A stretch of 60,626 nucleotides of DNA, filler included, from Pirum gemmata (GCA_002812295.1; 7 parts of 7 records of this genome joined end to end with filler, not necessarily neighbours in it), one strand, 5' to 3'; numbered from the whole stretch's first letter, positions 1 through 12,200 are shown. The notes: generated by a model from the sequence alone, not told the origin. Program-made: numbers and translations.

Positions 1-77
1 TAATAATAATAATAATAATAATAATAAGAGAACTAACCATTTATATATTCAAAGTTTTCATGATGATGATGATGGCG

Positions 78-109
<32 letters not shown>

Positions 110-502
110 TAATAATAATAATTAATAATAATAATAATAATAATCAGATCAGGAGTACAATAATAATGCTATTACTATGATATTTTATGTATAATATTAT
201 ATTATCCTTAAAGCTAGCCATATAATTATTAATAATATAATAATATATTATTAAATTAAAGCATGAGCAAAAATATTGCTTTTTGTACGTCATGTTTTTA
301 ATTGTTTATAAATAATATATAATTTGTAATTTTTTTTTCTTTTTTTATTTTTTTGATTTTATATAAATAAATACAAGTCTTTGATTTAGAGGTCTATATT
401 ATAATAATATTATGTATGAATATCATAAATATTATTTTTTTATAATAATACAAGTATGATCTAGCAAGTATGATTACTACGAGTATGATTATGATAATAG
501 TA

Positions 503-702
503 TCGTGTTTTTTAATAGTAAAACTCCCCCCCTAGTCTATACCAAATTAAAATTATTATTATGGTTTTAAACTATCAGACATGTTTCAATTAATTTGGTA
601 TTTCATCCTTAATATTGTATTTTATATAATAAACAAGTTCAATTATACAAGTAAATAGTGCCAAATTAAAGATTGAGAGGTCAACTGTTATGAAATGGAC
701 GA
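503..702 (+). mobile_element. MITE family B (~200 bp, TA-flanked, imperfect TIR TCGTGTTTTTCA...TGAAATAGACGA)
   Basis: Same sequence recurs at 14677-14872, 22261-22444 (reverse) and 55007-55200. Partial copies at ~8095-8228, 20790-20980, 24279-24370, 44860-45015 and 45325-45413. Confidence 0.8.
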
Positions 703-1128
703 TATTGATACACTATTGATGCCACATGCACAGCACTACTTCAAATTTTCTAAAAAGTTATTTATTATCATATATATAGATATAATTATATAATAATTAG
801 TCTATATAATTATTGTATAAATTTTAAAATTAAATTTTTTTTTAATAATTATTGGGGAGAATTCCTTTAAATTGGCACTAATTCCGCAACCAGCTATTTA
901 CGACTTCCCAATTAAGTAAATTATAAACCATAAATAGTAAAATAATTTGCTTTTTTTGAAACAGCCTTAGTATAGCAACTTTTAAAAGTTTTTTTAAATA
1001 GGTTTTTTTACTAATATATAGTAAGCCACACGCCGCGGAAAATGAAAATTTCAGTGTCATATTAAGGGGTGGGCTCGAGCAGAATTGGGAGAGGTTTAGG
1101 GGTGACACCCACTATGTGTAACCTCTAA

Positions 1129-1153
1129 AGGTTAGGGTTAGGGTTAGGGTTAA

Positions 1154-1190
<37 letters not shown>

Positions 1191-1225
1191 GGTTAGGGTT
1201 AGGGTTAGGGTTAGGGGTTAGGGGT
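1129..1225 (+). repeat. Interstitial telomeric (TTAGGG)n array
   Basis: Direct TTAGGG repeats with variants. Preceded at ~1070-1098 by the terminal motif GGGCTCGAGCAGAATTGGGAGAGG of the hAT-like element at 45714-45963. Confidence 0.9.
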
Positions 1226-1600
1226 AGGAGTCAGGTGATGGTGATTGGTGGGTGACTGTGATGGCAGGTTTTAGACCAATGGGTGATAGGTCTTGATTTG
1301 ATTTTGTTTTTGTTTTTCCTTCAACAGAAAAAAACCTAAGAAAAAATCAGTTTCGGGTCACTAGTAGATAAGCCAATGATAGGGCTTCAACAAGAAAAAA
1401 ACCAGAAAAAAACAGATTTGGCTGGGCAGATTTGGGTCACTCTTTTTTGCCTAATGATCCTTTGACGGCAGGATCTTTACCTTAAATGGTAAGATATTTT
1501 TTTAATATGGTATTTTTGGGGGTACCTACTACCCACCGTACCCTCACTTTACAATTTCTCTAACTGTGAAGGAAAAGAGTACATAGTCAGAGTGTCATCC

Positions 1601-1672
1601 TAGGGTTAGGATTAGGGTTAGGATTAGGGTTAGGATTAGGATTAGGGTTAGGGTTAGGGTTAGGGTTAGGGT
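1601..1672 (+). repeat. Interstitial telomeric (TTAGGG/TTAGGA)n array
   Basis: Direct repeats seen in the sequence. Confidence 0.9.
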
Positions 1673-3108
1673 GTACTAGTGTGTACTGTGTGTAGTTGTT
1701 TTTATTCTAATAGTATTTTTATTTTATTAATAGACAATAGACAGCTGACCAATGTCGTGCCGAAATAAATTCAAATATAAATAAAAAGGGAAAACCAACA
1801 GCATTTCAAAATTCAAATATAGAAATTTTAATACAAAAAATATTGATTTTTTACTAACTTGTAAGTTGTAACAGAACACAAATAATTCAAACCAATGAAA
1901 AGGGTATACACCGCGTTTTCCACGATTTTGCTATTTTTGAGTTTATTATTATTTCAGTATTATATAATTTATATTTCAACTGGTTATTTTTGAGACTTGT
2001 ATTGTACTAACTATTGTACTGGTATGTAAATGTATTATTTATTTTTTAATTAATAACCACTTTTATAAGTTTGAAAATACCAAATAAATAATCAAATTGA
2101 CAAAATAAATAAAAAGCAGGGGATTCTTTGTTGTAAAATCATGACACATGCTTATAATTATGACTTTTCTGAATATATTATCATATTATATAACATAAAA
2201 GCTATCGATACCACATCATATCATACGTATGTACATCATAGTTTTCGAGTATCTTTTTTTTTTTTTTGAAATTTTAAAATTATGAAATAATTTCTTTGTA
2301 CTTTCTTCATTATCGATAATATTAATATTTTAATTAAATGATGATTTTAGTGTTATTTGGTTTGTTTTCTCTTTTCTGTCCATTATTTTTATCATACTAT
2401 TGTTTCGTAAAGCATGGTAATGATAATAATAGTATAATAATATTTGTTTTACAAAATATTTTTTTGAAAATTAATATATTGAAAATAATTTATTTGATTT
2501 TTATTTTGGTCTTTCAGTTTTTTAGTTGCAATTCTCAATTTCTCATGCCATGCTTCTGTCTTTTAACAACTAATAACCTTTTTTATTTTAAAAAAATAAG
2601 TATTATTAATCTCCAATCATTAACAAAAACGAACTTCGCTATATTTTTGTTATTTATAAAATCGAAGCATTTTATCTTTTGTAGCACCTATATTTTTTTA
2701 TTTGTGAAATAATCATACTTTATATTATCGTATTCTAATCTACAGTACCGGTATCATAAATCAAAATTTTTAAATTATATAGAATACTGAATAAGAACCA
2801 AAATTGGGAAAAAATTACAAACATAATAGACTAAGACAAAATCCAAAAATGATAAATACAGCTTTGTCTATATAATCACAATTAGTCAGTAGTAATAATA
2901 AATTCCATAGACTACATTTTTTTGAAAAAAGACAGTAAAAAGACCTATCAAAAGTTTACATTAAGTTTCGTTTCCTTTCATTTTAGGAAACTACAAATGA
3001 AAAATAATAAAATAAACTTTGACTTCAATTTATTTTTATAAATAATAAATAATATCATAAATAAAAAAATCTTCAAAATAAATAAATTATTGATAAGGTT
3101 CCTTTCAG

Positions 3109-3141
<33 letters not shown>

Positions 3142-3428
3142 TTTTTCTTGAAAGAATGAAAAAAGGGCTTTTCGTTCGAGTTACTTCCCTTTTCATTTTC
3201 TTCAACGATATTTATGGGACAGAAACTGATCTAGAGACTTTTTAAATATCAACACATTTAATTCTATGATGATAGGTAGAATGAGTCATATCGTATTTTT
3301 TTTATCATATTATTCAAAACTAATTATGATAACTAAAAAGTGCGATTGTGGTGGTGCTGTAACAGTTTTTTTTTTTTTTTTGACTTTATTTTGACTTTAT
3401 TTTGTGGTCTTGTTTTGCTTACAAGCTA

Positions 3429-3534
3429 TTGTGCTTTTCATTTTTTTTGTCACTCTGAATATTAATTTTGTTGGTTATAATATTTAATTGGATATTTTTA
3501 AATTAATAATTAGATTATAAAATGAAAAACACGA
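3429..3534 (-). mobile_element. Short MITE (family A body, family B-like end) with TA target duplication
   Basis: AAGC-TA-[TTGTGCTTTTCA...TGAAAAACACGA]-TA-AACTAGAC. The insert is absent from the mirrored arm at ~4295-4325. Confidence 0.8.
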
Positions 3535-3590
3535 TAAACTAGACCTAGCTAGAGACTATCACGTATGATACTATCAGTATACATAGCTTA

Positions 3591-3747
3591 GGGAGCTTTC
3601 AAATACTACGTAACGCCAATTTCCGGTTTAATACAGCTTCAAAATACTCTTCAAATACCCCCAATACCTACCTACCCCTCGACGTTAAATACCGCATACC
3701 TACCTACCTACCTACCCCTTGACGTGACGTATTATTTAAATGCTCCC
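3591..3747 (-). mobile_element. MITE family C, PIF/Harbinger (Tourist)-like, TTA TSD
   Basis: GGGAGC...GCTCCC termini, TTA on both sides, internal GGGGTAGGTAGG repeats. Absent from the mirrored arm at ~4240. Confidence 0.85.
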
Positions 3748-3822
3748 TTACTCTAGTAGTAAACTACTCTAGTAGCTATCGTGCTTATTTGATTTGGTAT
3801 GCATTTTACATAGACGCCTAGT

Positions 3823-3990
3823 AGTAGGGGTGAGATATCTACTGGAACTTTTTTCGAACAGATGCTTATCGAGCCAACCTTAGTTCCGTGTTTCTTACTA
3901 ATAATAGCATTAATAGTAATAAAAACCATAAATCGGAAAAGTTCCGGTAGCTGTTCGGTAATAATAAAATGACGTCATCTCACCCCTACT
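3823..3990 (+). mobile_element. Non-autonomous DNA transposon family E (14-bp TIR AGTAGGGGTGAGAT, 8-bp TSD CGCCTAGT)
   Basis: Perfect TIRs; CGCCTAGT at 3815-3822 and 3991-3998; paralogous empty site at ~4670-4730. Confidence 0.88.
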
Positions 3991-4024
3991 CGCCTAGTAG
4001 TCTATCATTATATTATTATAATTA

Positions 4025-4210
4025 TAGAGCTTTTCAGTTGTTTTGTCATCATGAAATAAACAATAAATAGTACCAAATTAATACAATATAAATCCATTTA
4101 ATTAAAATTGGTATATTTTATTATATATGTATCGGTTTAAAAATGTCAATTTAAAGATTATAACCCTCCAAATAAATATTCAGAGAGACAAAATAAATGA
4201 AAAGCACTTA
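4025..4210 (+). mobile_element. MITE family A (~185 bp, TIR T(C/A/T)GTGCTTTTCA, TA-flanked; Tc1/mariner-type by TSD)
   Basis: Most abundant repeat here, with more than 15 full or partial copies; internal TACCAAATTAA/TTAATTTGGTA inverted motif. Confidence 0.85.
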
Positions 4211-5410
4211 TTACTATAGCTAGTAGTTTGCTACTACTAGTAAGAAGCTATGTATAGTCAGTCTATGATTCTCTATGTATTATAGTCTCTAGCTAAGTCT
4301 AGTTTAGCTTTTTTAAAAGCTTGTAAACAAAACAAGTATACATATTTGAGAAACTTAAAAGATAACCGTGTTTTTCAAACATAGCTCGTGATTTTTCTTG
4401 TATGCTGCTATCGTCATAAAGTCAAAAAAACTGTTACAGCACCACCACAATCGCACTTTTTAGTTATCATACTTAGTTTTGTCTCAATTATTATATTATT
4501 TTGACTCAATTATTATATTATTATTTTTTAACTTTACTATTTTATGTATAATTTATAAAAAAAAAAAAATAATAAATAAATAAATAAATAAAAAATACAA
4601 TAGGACTCATACAACCTATCATCAGTATCAGAATGCTGGCAGTACTCTGGCATTGCTCATGCTCCTTTTGTTTGATTTGGTATGTATTTTACATAGACGC
4701 CTAGCTAGCTAGTACTGATAGTCTATCATCATATAGTCTAGAGTAGTTATTGCGTTTTGTTACTCTGAATATTTATTTGGAGGGTTATAATATTTAAATT
4801 GATATTTTTAAATCAATACATATATAATAAAATATACCAAATTAAATTAAATGGATTTATATTGTATTAATTTGATACTATTTATTATTTATTATGACTG
4901 TCAGCTGTTCTGCCACACTTTTCAATGCTCTGCCAATCATCTGCCAAATATAATTTTAAAAACCAAAATAATTTATAAATACATTTCCTATTGCACGAGA
5001 ATTTGCATCTACTCGCACACTACTTGCACATCATTGGCATTCTATTTTTGAACACTTTTTGAGCTCTTAATAAAGTAATTATTTCTTTTATTGGTCAGAT
5101 ATTTAGGGAATACCGTAAGTTATTGGTTTGTATACAATAACAGTTTCAAAAAAAGAAAATGCTATTTTTAAAAAAAAAAAAAATAAAAAAAACTTTATTC
5201 CATATTTGGAAGATTACTTTTTTTGTACGCAACATTTATTTTTAATTTTTCTTATTTTTTCCAAGGAATTTTTTTTTTATATTTATATGATAACTATAAT
5301 CGTACTATAATCGTGCTTTTCTATATATTATAATTATCGTAAGTTTATGTATAATTCTGTTTCATTTTTATATCTTAGTCTATTATTTTTTTTATTTTTT
5401 TAAAAACTAA

Positions 5411-5617
5411 CAAGCCTGATAAAAATGGCCACGAGCTCAAAACCCAAAAACTCAAAATGATCCATTTTAATCAAAGTACTACCAAATTTTGAGAAATCAT
5501 TTTTAACTAAAAAACTCTATTATGAACCAATTGCCAGTTTGTAAACATAATTTGGTTACTTTTAATATTCAAAGTTTTTAGAAAAGAAGTCTAAAAATTT
5601 TTTTTTTATCCGGTTTG
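5411..5617 (+). mobile_element. MITE-like family F (CAAGCCGGATAAAA...TTTTATCCGGCTTG)
   Basis: Near-terminal inverted repeats. Related copies at 6428-6635, ~10670-10885 (reverse), ~36620-36765 and ~39120-39195. TSD not resolved. Confidence 0.7.
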
Positions 5618-5714
5618 GCTATTAAAAAAAACAAAAATAATGATAGTAAAATTTTACATTTTATTGTATATTATGTATTGTATTATGACATGATATCATA
5701 ATAAATTATAGTGT

Positions 5715-6400
5715 AAGTAGTAGTAGTATTATTATCCATATAATTAATTATTAGTAATAATAGTGATAGAAGTAGCCGTAGTAGTAAGACAGTAAAGTAA
5801 AGTGTAGTAATTTCAATTAATCGTTATAAAACAGTGCTAAATAGTATACAGTGGCATTAGCACTTCATTTGCTTAGTTGAAGAGAGTAACAGTCCTAAGA
5901 ATAGGAATACTCATAATAATAAATACAATGTTTTACACAAAAGATACCAAGAAACCATAATGAATGAAAAATACAATGTGTAATATGATATTATCTTTTA
6001 AGTATTGCTATTAAGATAATTATCATAAATAATATTACTGTCTATTATTATTATTATTATTATGCAGCAGTAGTAGTATTATTAACCATATATTAGTATT
6101 AATAATGATAGAAGTAGCCGTAGTAGTATGATATAGTGTAATAAAGTATAGTAATATTAATTAATTTGATAACGCTATAAAAAAGTAATGATTAAAACCG
6201 TGCTAAATAGTAAACAGTAGCAATATTCACAAGGAGACTCAAGGAGTACAATGTTTTACACAAAAGGTACCAAGAACACAAGAACAAAAAAATAAAATTA
6301 TAATAAATTGACAATGAATAATGGATGAAAAACATATGTAATATAATATCATCATAAGTATTATTATAATTGTCTATTATTATTATTATTATTATACATT
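5715..6400 (+). repeat. Degenerate ~350-bp tandem duplication between two family F copies
   Basis: GATAGAAGTAGCCGTAGTAGTA, GTGCTAAATAGTA and TACAATGTTTTACACAAAAG each occur twice in the same order. Confidence 0.75.
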
Positions 6401-6427
6401 TACATAATTATATTATACATACATATC

Positions 6428-6635
6428 CAAGCCGGATAAAAATGATGAGTTCAAAATCCAAAAATCTCAAAATGATCCAATTATAATGAAAGTACTACCA
6501 AATGTTGAGAAACCGTTTATCAAAGGAAAATTCTATTATGAACCAATGTTAGTTTTTAAAAAATAATTTGGCTATAGTTATAATTAAAGAAAAGAAGTCT
6601 TTAAAAAAATGATTTCTACAGTTTTATCTGGCTTG
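6428..6635 (+). mobile_element. MITE-like family F copy
   Basis: Colinear with 5411-5617. Confidence 0.7.
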
Positions 6636-6696
6636 GCTGTAAAAAAGAAATATGATACAAAATAATTATATTTACATACTTTTATACAATTATTTA

Positions 6697-6827
6697 GTTC
6701 AAATAATACTTCACATCAAGGGGTAGGTAGGTAGGTGGTATTTGACCGGAAATTAACGTCAAGGGGTAGGTAGGTAGGGGTATTTGAAGCTGTATTTGAC
6801 GGGAATTGGCGTTATGTAGTATTTGAA
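6697..6827 (+). mobile_element. MITE family C copy (ends eroded)
   Basis: GTTCAAATAATAC...GGGGTAGGTAGG...GGCGTTATGTAGTATTTGAA. Confidence 0.8.
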
Positions 6828-6847
6828 AGACATGGCGATTATTTCTC

Positions 6848-7076
6848 AGTGAGATATCTACTGGAACTTTTTTCGAACAGATGCTTATCGAGCCAACCTT
6901 AGTTCCGTGTTTCTTACTAACAATAGCAGTTAAATAGCTTAAAATAGTAAATCCAATTANATAGTAGATACCAATTTAAGTAATACAGTTAACATTAATA
7001 GTAATCAAAATCATAAAATCGGAAAAGTTCCGGCAGCTGCTCGATAATAATAAAATGACGTCATCTCACCCCTACT
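6848..7076 (+). mobile_element. Family E copy with 8-bp TSD TATTTCTC
   Basis: TATTTCTC at 6840-6847 and 7077-7084; left TIR internally deleted. Confidence 0.85.
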
Positions 7077-8470
7077 TATTTCTCTCAGATTAAAAAATTA
7101 TTTCTCTCAGATTAAAATTTCTAGAAATCCTTTTTAGAAATCGGAGACATTTTTTCTACTAATAGAATACTGCAAGATCACTGAGTGACTGCTGTCACTA
7201 TATAAAAATATAATTTTTTTTTTAAAAAAAAGACTCACTTTTTCACCTTATTTATACTTGCGGTTTTCTGTTATATCACATATTAAGGCATTTAGCTACT
7301 ATTTTTGAATAAAATTGTAATTTTTTTTAAAAAATAGTTTAGCAAAGAAAAATAGCCAATCACAAATATTATTTGTTGGAGCTAGTAATATTGCTAGTTT
7401 AGCAAGTGTTGTTTTTCTTATTAGCTATTATCAAATGAAAATTTAATCCGCAATTTTCGCAATTTATCAAAGTCCTTGATTTGGTTACCATTTTGCTAAA
7501 ATTGGTATGTATTTTTTTTTTTTTTTCTAAAAAAACCTTGATGTAATTTTAGCTGTAGTAACACCAGTTACCAGATGCAATTCACTTTATTTTGATACAA
7601 GATGTAATAATTTACTACTAGGTCTAGTAGTGAACTTTAGTCAGATGCAGCAGAATCAGAGCAAATTCATAATAGTAAGTATTTCGATACAAGGTGTAAT
7701 AATTTACAAAGAAAAACGAAAACAACAATAGTAATAATAATTAAAATAACAATAATAATAACATGGAAAACAATAACTATAATAACGAAGACTAGTAATA
7801 ATAACAATAAGACAAATAGCAATATCTGATAACTATGATATTTTTTTTTAATTAATAAAAAAATAACTAAATTTAGTAAACAGGTCTTATAATCTTAGTA
7901 ATCTTTATTATACTAGCTAGAGCTAGCTACTAGCTAGTAGCTGGCTAGCTGGCTACTACTCTACTAGCTAGCACTTACTACTAGCTAGCTAGTAGCTACA
8001 GAAGACTATTAGGTAGACTAGCTAGACTAGCTAGCTAGCTACTAGCTACAGAAGACTAGCTAGACTAGCTAGCTAGCTACTACTATAGCTTTAATTTGGC
8101 ACTATTTAAATGTATAATTGAGCTTGTTTATAAAATACAACATTAAGTATAAAATACCAAAATAATTAAAACATGTCAGATAATAATAATTTGGCACGTT
8201 TATTTGAGTTTTGGACTGAACAACACCTAGCTAGCTAGGGACACTAGCTAGGGACACATCACTATTGAAAAACTAGCTACTAGCTAGACTAGCTAGTAGC
8301 TGAGTAGCTAGCTACAGTAGCTAGCTAGCTAGTAGTAGTAATATGTATGATACCACTAGCTAGCTATGATATGATAGCTACTAGATGCTACTAGCTAGGC
8401 TACTAGCTACTAGCTAGCTATCATAGTAAGTACTATAGTTTTCCGCTAGCTAGCTAGTAGCTAGCTAGAG

Positions 8471-8666
8471 AGAGATACGGGAAAACATAATCAGCTCGAT
8501 CCTAATTATGAAATAGTGACGATTTTGAAATGATATGATATTCTTTTTTTTTCGAGTCAATAATTTTTTAATTAATGAAATCAAAAGTGAGGCAATACTT
8601 AAAATTGGATCGAAAATTTTCGAAAGTTTCGAACAAGACTCGATTCAATGGTTTTCCTGCATCTCC
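8471..8666 (+). mobile_element. MITE-like family H (GGAGATACGGGAAAAC...GTTTTCCTGCATCTCC)
   Basis: Imperfect TIR; the left end recurs at 25308-25360 and 44416-44520. Confidence 0.6.
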
Positions 8667-8749
8667 TTAGGAATTTTCTGAGGTATGGTATGATATGCCA
8701 TACAATTTATTATTTGTTATTTATTATTTATTATTTATTATTTATTACT

Positions 8750-8849
8750 NNNNNNNNNNNNNNNNNNNNNNNNNNNNNNNNNNNNNNNNNNNNTTAATTA
8801 ATTAANNNNNNNNNNNNNNNNNNNNNNNNNNNNNNNNNNNNNNNNNNNN
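8750..8849. other. Artificial contig-join spacer N44-TTAATTAATTAA-N44
   Basis: Identical 100-bp spacer also at 17386-17485, 26183-26282, 34859-34958, 43479-43578 and 52083-52182. The 12-mer has stops in all six frames. Confidence 0.97.
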
Positions 8850-8905
8850 TTTTTTTTTTTTTTTTACTTGTTTTTTCCATTGAAGTGGTTTTTCCTGTCT
8901 TAGTA

Positions 8906-9066
8906 TAGTGCTTTTCAGTTATTATGTCGTCATAAAATATACAATAAATAGTATCAAATTAATACATCATAAATCCATTTATAATTTAATTTGGTATATT
9001 TTATTATTTTGTAACTCTCCAAATAAATATTCAGAGTGACAAAATAAAATTTAATGAAAAGCACTA
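8906..9066 (+). mobile_element. MITE family A copy
   Basis: TA-TAGTGCTTTTCA...TGAAAAGCACTA-TA. Confidence 0.85.
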
Positions 9067-9142
9067 TAGTACACTCTAGCTTAGTAGTAGTTAGAGATTA
9101 AACCTGGGGTCTACTACTTGTATCAATAAACTACTATCGATA

Positions 9143-9326
9143 TTGTGCTTTTCATTTATTTTGTCACTCTGAATATTTATTTGGAGGTTATAATCTTTAA
9201 ATTGACATTTTCAAACCAATACATAGATAATAAAATATACCAAATAAAATTAAATGGATTTATATTGTATTAATTTTGTATTATTTATTGTATATTTTAT
9301 GATGACAAAACAAGTGAAAAGCATTA
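9143..9326 (-). mobile_element. MITE family A copy
   Basis: Reverse-orientation match to family A. Confidence 0.85.
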
Positions 9327-9421
9327 GACTGAAGGGGTCTATATATCAATACTAGCTGGACTAGCAGTAACTACTATGATACTACTAGCTAGAGTAGAGA
9401 GTAGGGGCGAGTAGGGGGATT

Positions 9422-10440
9422 CTACAATCAAAATCTCACATTTATATATTACACAGCATTATTTTAATTAACAACATATATATAAACAACAATAAATTAT
9501 TACCAACATGGATAATTCACACAATAGAAACCCTACAAAACATGATCCCAATACAAAACAACACAGAATGATTATTAAAACTAGCATACAACAAGTTTAA
9601 CTACGAATTATACGATATTAATTAATTAATATAAAACAAAATAATATAATAATTATCTTCATTAATTAAAACCCATAAAACAGCAATATAAAAATATATG
9701 TAAAAAAGAGACAACAAAAACATTAATAGAAATATGCTCAAAGTGTAAACCAATATTAATACTTCCAAATAGTTGGAATCTACAAATGATCATGACAAAC
9801 AGTAGTTAGTATTAAGCAAATAGAAGAAAATCTCAAAACAAAAACCTTTTTAATGGTAACACCTAAACAACCTTTGAAATATAAAACAAAATGAATGGGA
9901 AGAGATAATTAAAGATAGAAGAATCAATACAGAAATTTGGATACTAACCCAAAGAAACCCAACAAGACAGTGGTCGTCGAAAACCCAACCTTTTCAATCT
10001 CAATACTGTTCCAAAGAATTTCCACCAGAAGTCAAACTATACTACATTTTTGAACAGAAACGAATCTGTAAGACTAGAGTAAGACTAGCTAGCTAGACTA
10101 GAATGCTAGGGCTAGAATGGCTAACCTATATAGGCCAACATCAAAAAAATATTATTATTAATAGACTATATCGATAAACCCGAATGTAGACGACAACTCC
10201 GGGATCCAACAATATCCATATAACAATGACTACAACGCTATAATTCTAGGAACAAATTTAAAGTTTTTAAAAACAAATATTTCTAAAACAGAACAATAGA
10301 ATTATTCATCATAGACTATATATTATGGTCTTATTATGAAAAGTACAACAAGTCACAACCAACTGACAATCAAATCATTAACTTATACCAAATTTTTTTA
10401 AAGTATTATGAAACAAATGAACACGTTACAACTTTAATTT
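9422..10440 (+). mobile_element. Family D: decayed coding repeat, probable non-LTR (L1/Tx1-like) ORF2 C-terminal fragment
   Basis: Translation pieced from several copies reads ...CQYCSKEFPPEVKLYxIFE...CKTRLEWLT...YNAIILG...QLLIIDYILWSYYEKYN, which resembles the L1-clade C-terminal zinc-finger region. Other copies at ~13290-13470(-), 15305-15520, 39540-40215, 42365-42780(-), 51645-51900 and 57500-57630. Confidence 0.55.
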
Positions 10441-10442
10441 AA

Positions 10443-10575
10443 GGGAGAGTTCAAATAATACGTCACGTCAAGGGGTAGGTAGGTAGGTAGTATTTGACCG
10501 GAAATTAACGTCGAGGGGTAGGTAGGTAGGGGTATTTGAAGCTGTATTTGACCGGAAATGGGCGTTACGTAGTAT
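10443..10575 (+). mobile_element. MITE family C copy (right end eroded)
   Basis: TAA-GGGAGAGTTCAAATAATACGTCACG... Confidence 0.8.
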
Positions 10576-11476
10576 ACCTTTTTTTTATATATGACCATAA
10601 TAAAGGAACTTTTCTTGGGAATTTTTTTTAAAATGGTTTTAAAAACAGTTAAAACTACTTTAAAACTACAGAAATCATTTTTTTTTTTAGACTTGTTTGT
10701 TAAAAATGATAATTAGTCAAATTATTTTTAAAAACTACCAATTAATTATTAATAGAGTTTTCTTAGTTAGAAAATTTCTCAAAATTTGGTAGTAGACTTA
10801 TTTAAAAGTGGATCATTTTGAGATTTTTGGATTTTGAGACTATTTTGAGCTTGTATACCGAATCCCGCCATTTTTATCCGGCTTGATAGTTTTTTTTACG
10901 GTCGCATTTGTTTGTTTTTTGGCAGTGTTTTTTGGGGCGACGACTGCGACCCACATATAGTATTATACAAGTATTATATACACCGGTATAAAGATGTTAT
11001 ATAGTTTCATAAATATAGTATTATAAGTACTATATTTATATACTATAAGTAAAAAAATACAATAACTAAATTTATACTTTAGTACTAATATAATATTACC
11101 CTTACAACTACTTACAATTACCATGATACTCCATGATACTACTGTGTATGTAGAGTCAGTGTAGGCGCTGCCGCTTCAAAAACAAAGCCTCTGAACTTCA
11201 GTCGAGTCTGAAGACTTTCTGGATGTGCCTGTTTTCTCTAGCTAGTATGATATGATAGATCATTTTGATAATTATCATAATTATAAATATCAATACATTA
11301 TAAAAGTGATCGTATTAATAAAATGTATATAGACTAGATTCACTATAGATATATCCTTATGAGCTATCCATTATAAATAAATCATAATGAGCATATTATA
11401 TATATCGATCATTGAATCGTGAATTTCAAAAATTTATGGTTCGAAATTTATTGATAATAATATTATGTACAATAAT

Positions 11477-11692
11477 AGTAGGGGTGAAATGACGTCATTT
11501 TATTATTACCGAACAGCTGCCGGAACTTTTCCGATTTTATGGTTTTATTACTATTAATGTTAATATTATTACTTTAATTGGTATCCACTATAATTATATT
11601 TTACTATTTTAAGCTATATAACTGCTATTATTAGTAAGGTTGGCTCGATAAGCATCTGTTCGAAAAAAGTTCCAGTAGATATCTCACCCCTA
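11477..11692 (-). mobile_element. Family E copy
   Basis: Reverse complement of 6848-7076; one end is fused to a family A fragment and no TSD is seen. Confidence 0.8.
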
Positions 11693-12007
11693 TTAATTTG
11701 GTACTATCTATTGTATATTTTATGATAACAAAACAACTGAAAAGAACTATAGACTAGTATAATATTATATAGACTAGACTACAGTAGATTTAATACAGGG
11801 CTACATGCCCTACTACCTCAGTCCTACTTCAGTCCTATGGATTACATTGGATATTTCTAACTAAAAGACTAGTAGTATAATAATCCATCTGATATGATAT
11901 GCATTTCCGGGTATCCCAGAGATAGTCTAGTTAGCTAGACTCTATCTATCAATCATATTAGTCTATGATACCCATTACAGTAGAGCTAGCTAGTTAGCTC
12001 CAGGTTA

Positions 12008-12152
12008 GGGAACGTTCAAATAATACGTCACGTCAAGGGGTAGGTAGGTAGGCGGTATTTGACCGGAAATTAACACCAAGGGGTAGGTAGGTAGGGTTAT
12101 TTGAAGCTGTATTTGACCAGAAATTGGCGTTACGTAGTATTTAAACGCTCCC
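12008..12152 (+). mobile_element. MITE family C copy
   Basis: TTA-GGGAACGTTCAAATA...TATTTAAACGCTCCC; another copy at ~12463-12595. Confidence 0.85.
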
Positions 12153-12200
12153 CAAGTAATAAACCCTAGGTAATAAACCTATATGATACTGGCAACTGTA

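Larger units (their letters stand above)
3267..4624. repeat. Long inverted duplication (foldback) carrying nested MITEs
   Basis: Left arm ~3267-3786 is the reverse complement of right arm ~4200-4624. Example: AAAAGTGCGATTGTGGTGGTGCTGTAACAG pairs with CTGTTACAGCACCACCACAATCGCACTTTT. Confidence 0.85.

Noticed and set aside
1129..1225. TTAGGG arrays as true chromosome ends
   Set aside because: All are short and have non-telomeric sequence on both sides within contigs.
2338..2712. 124-aa hydrophobic ORF
   Set aside because: Its F/I/L/K/N composition is expected from T-rich non-coding DNA, and no motif is recognisable.
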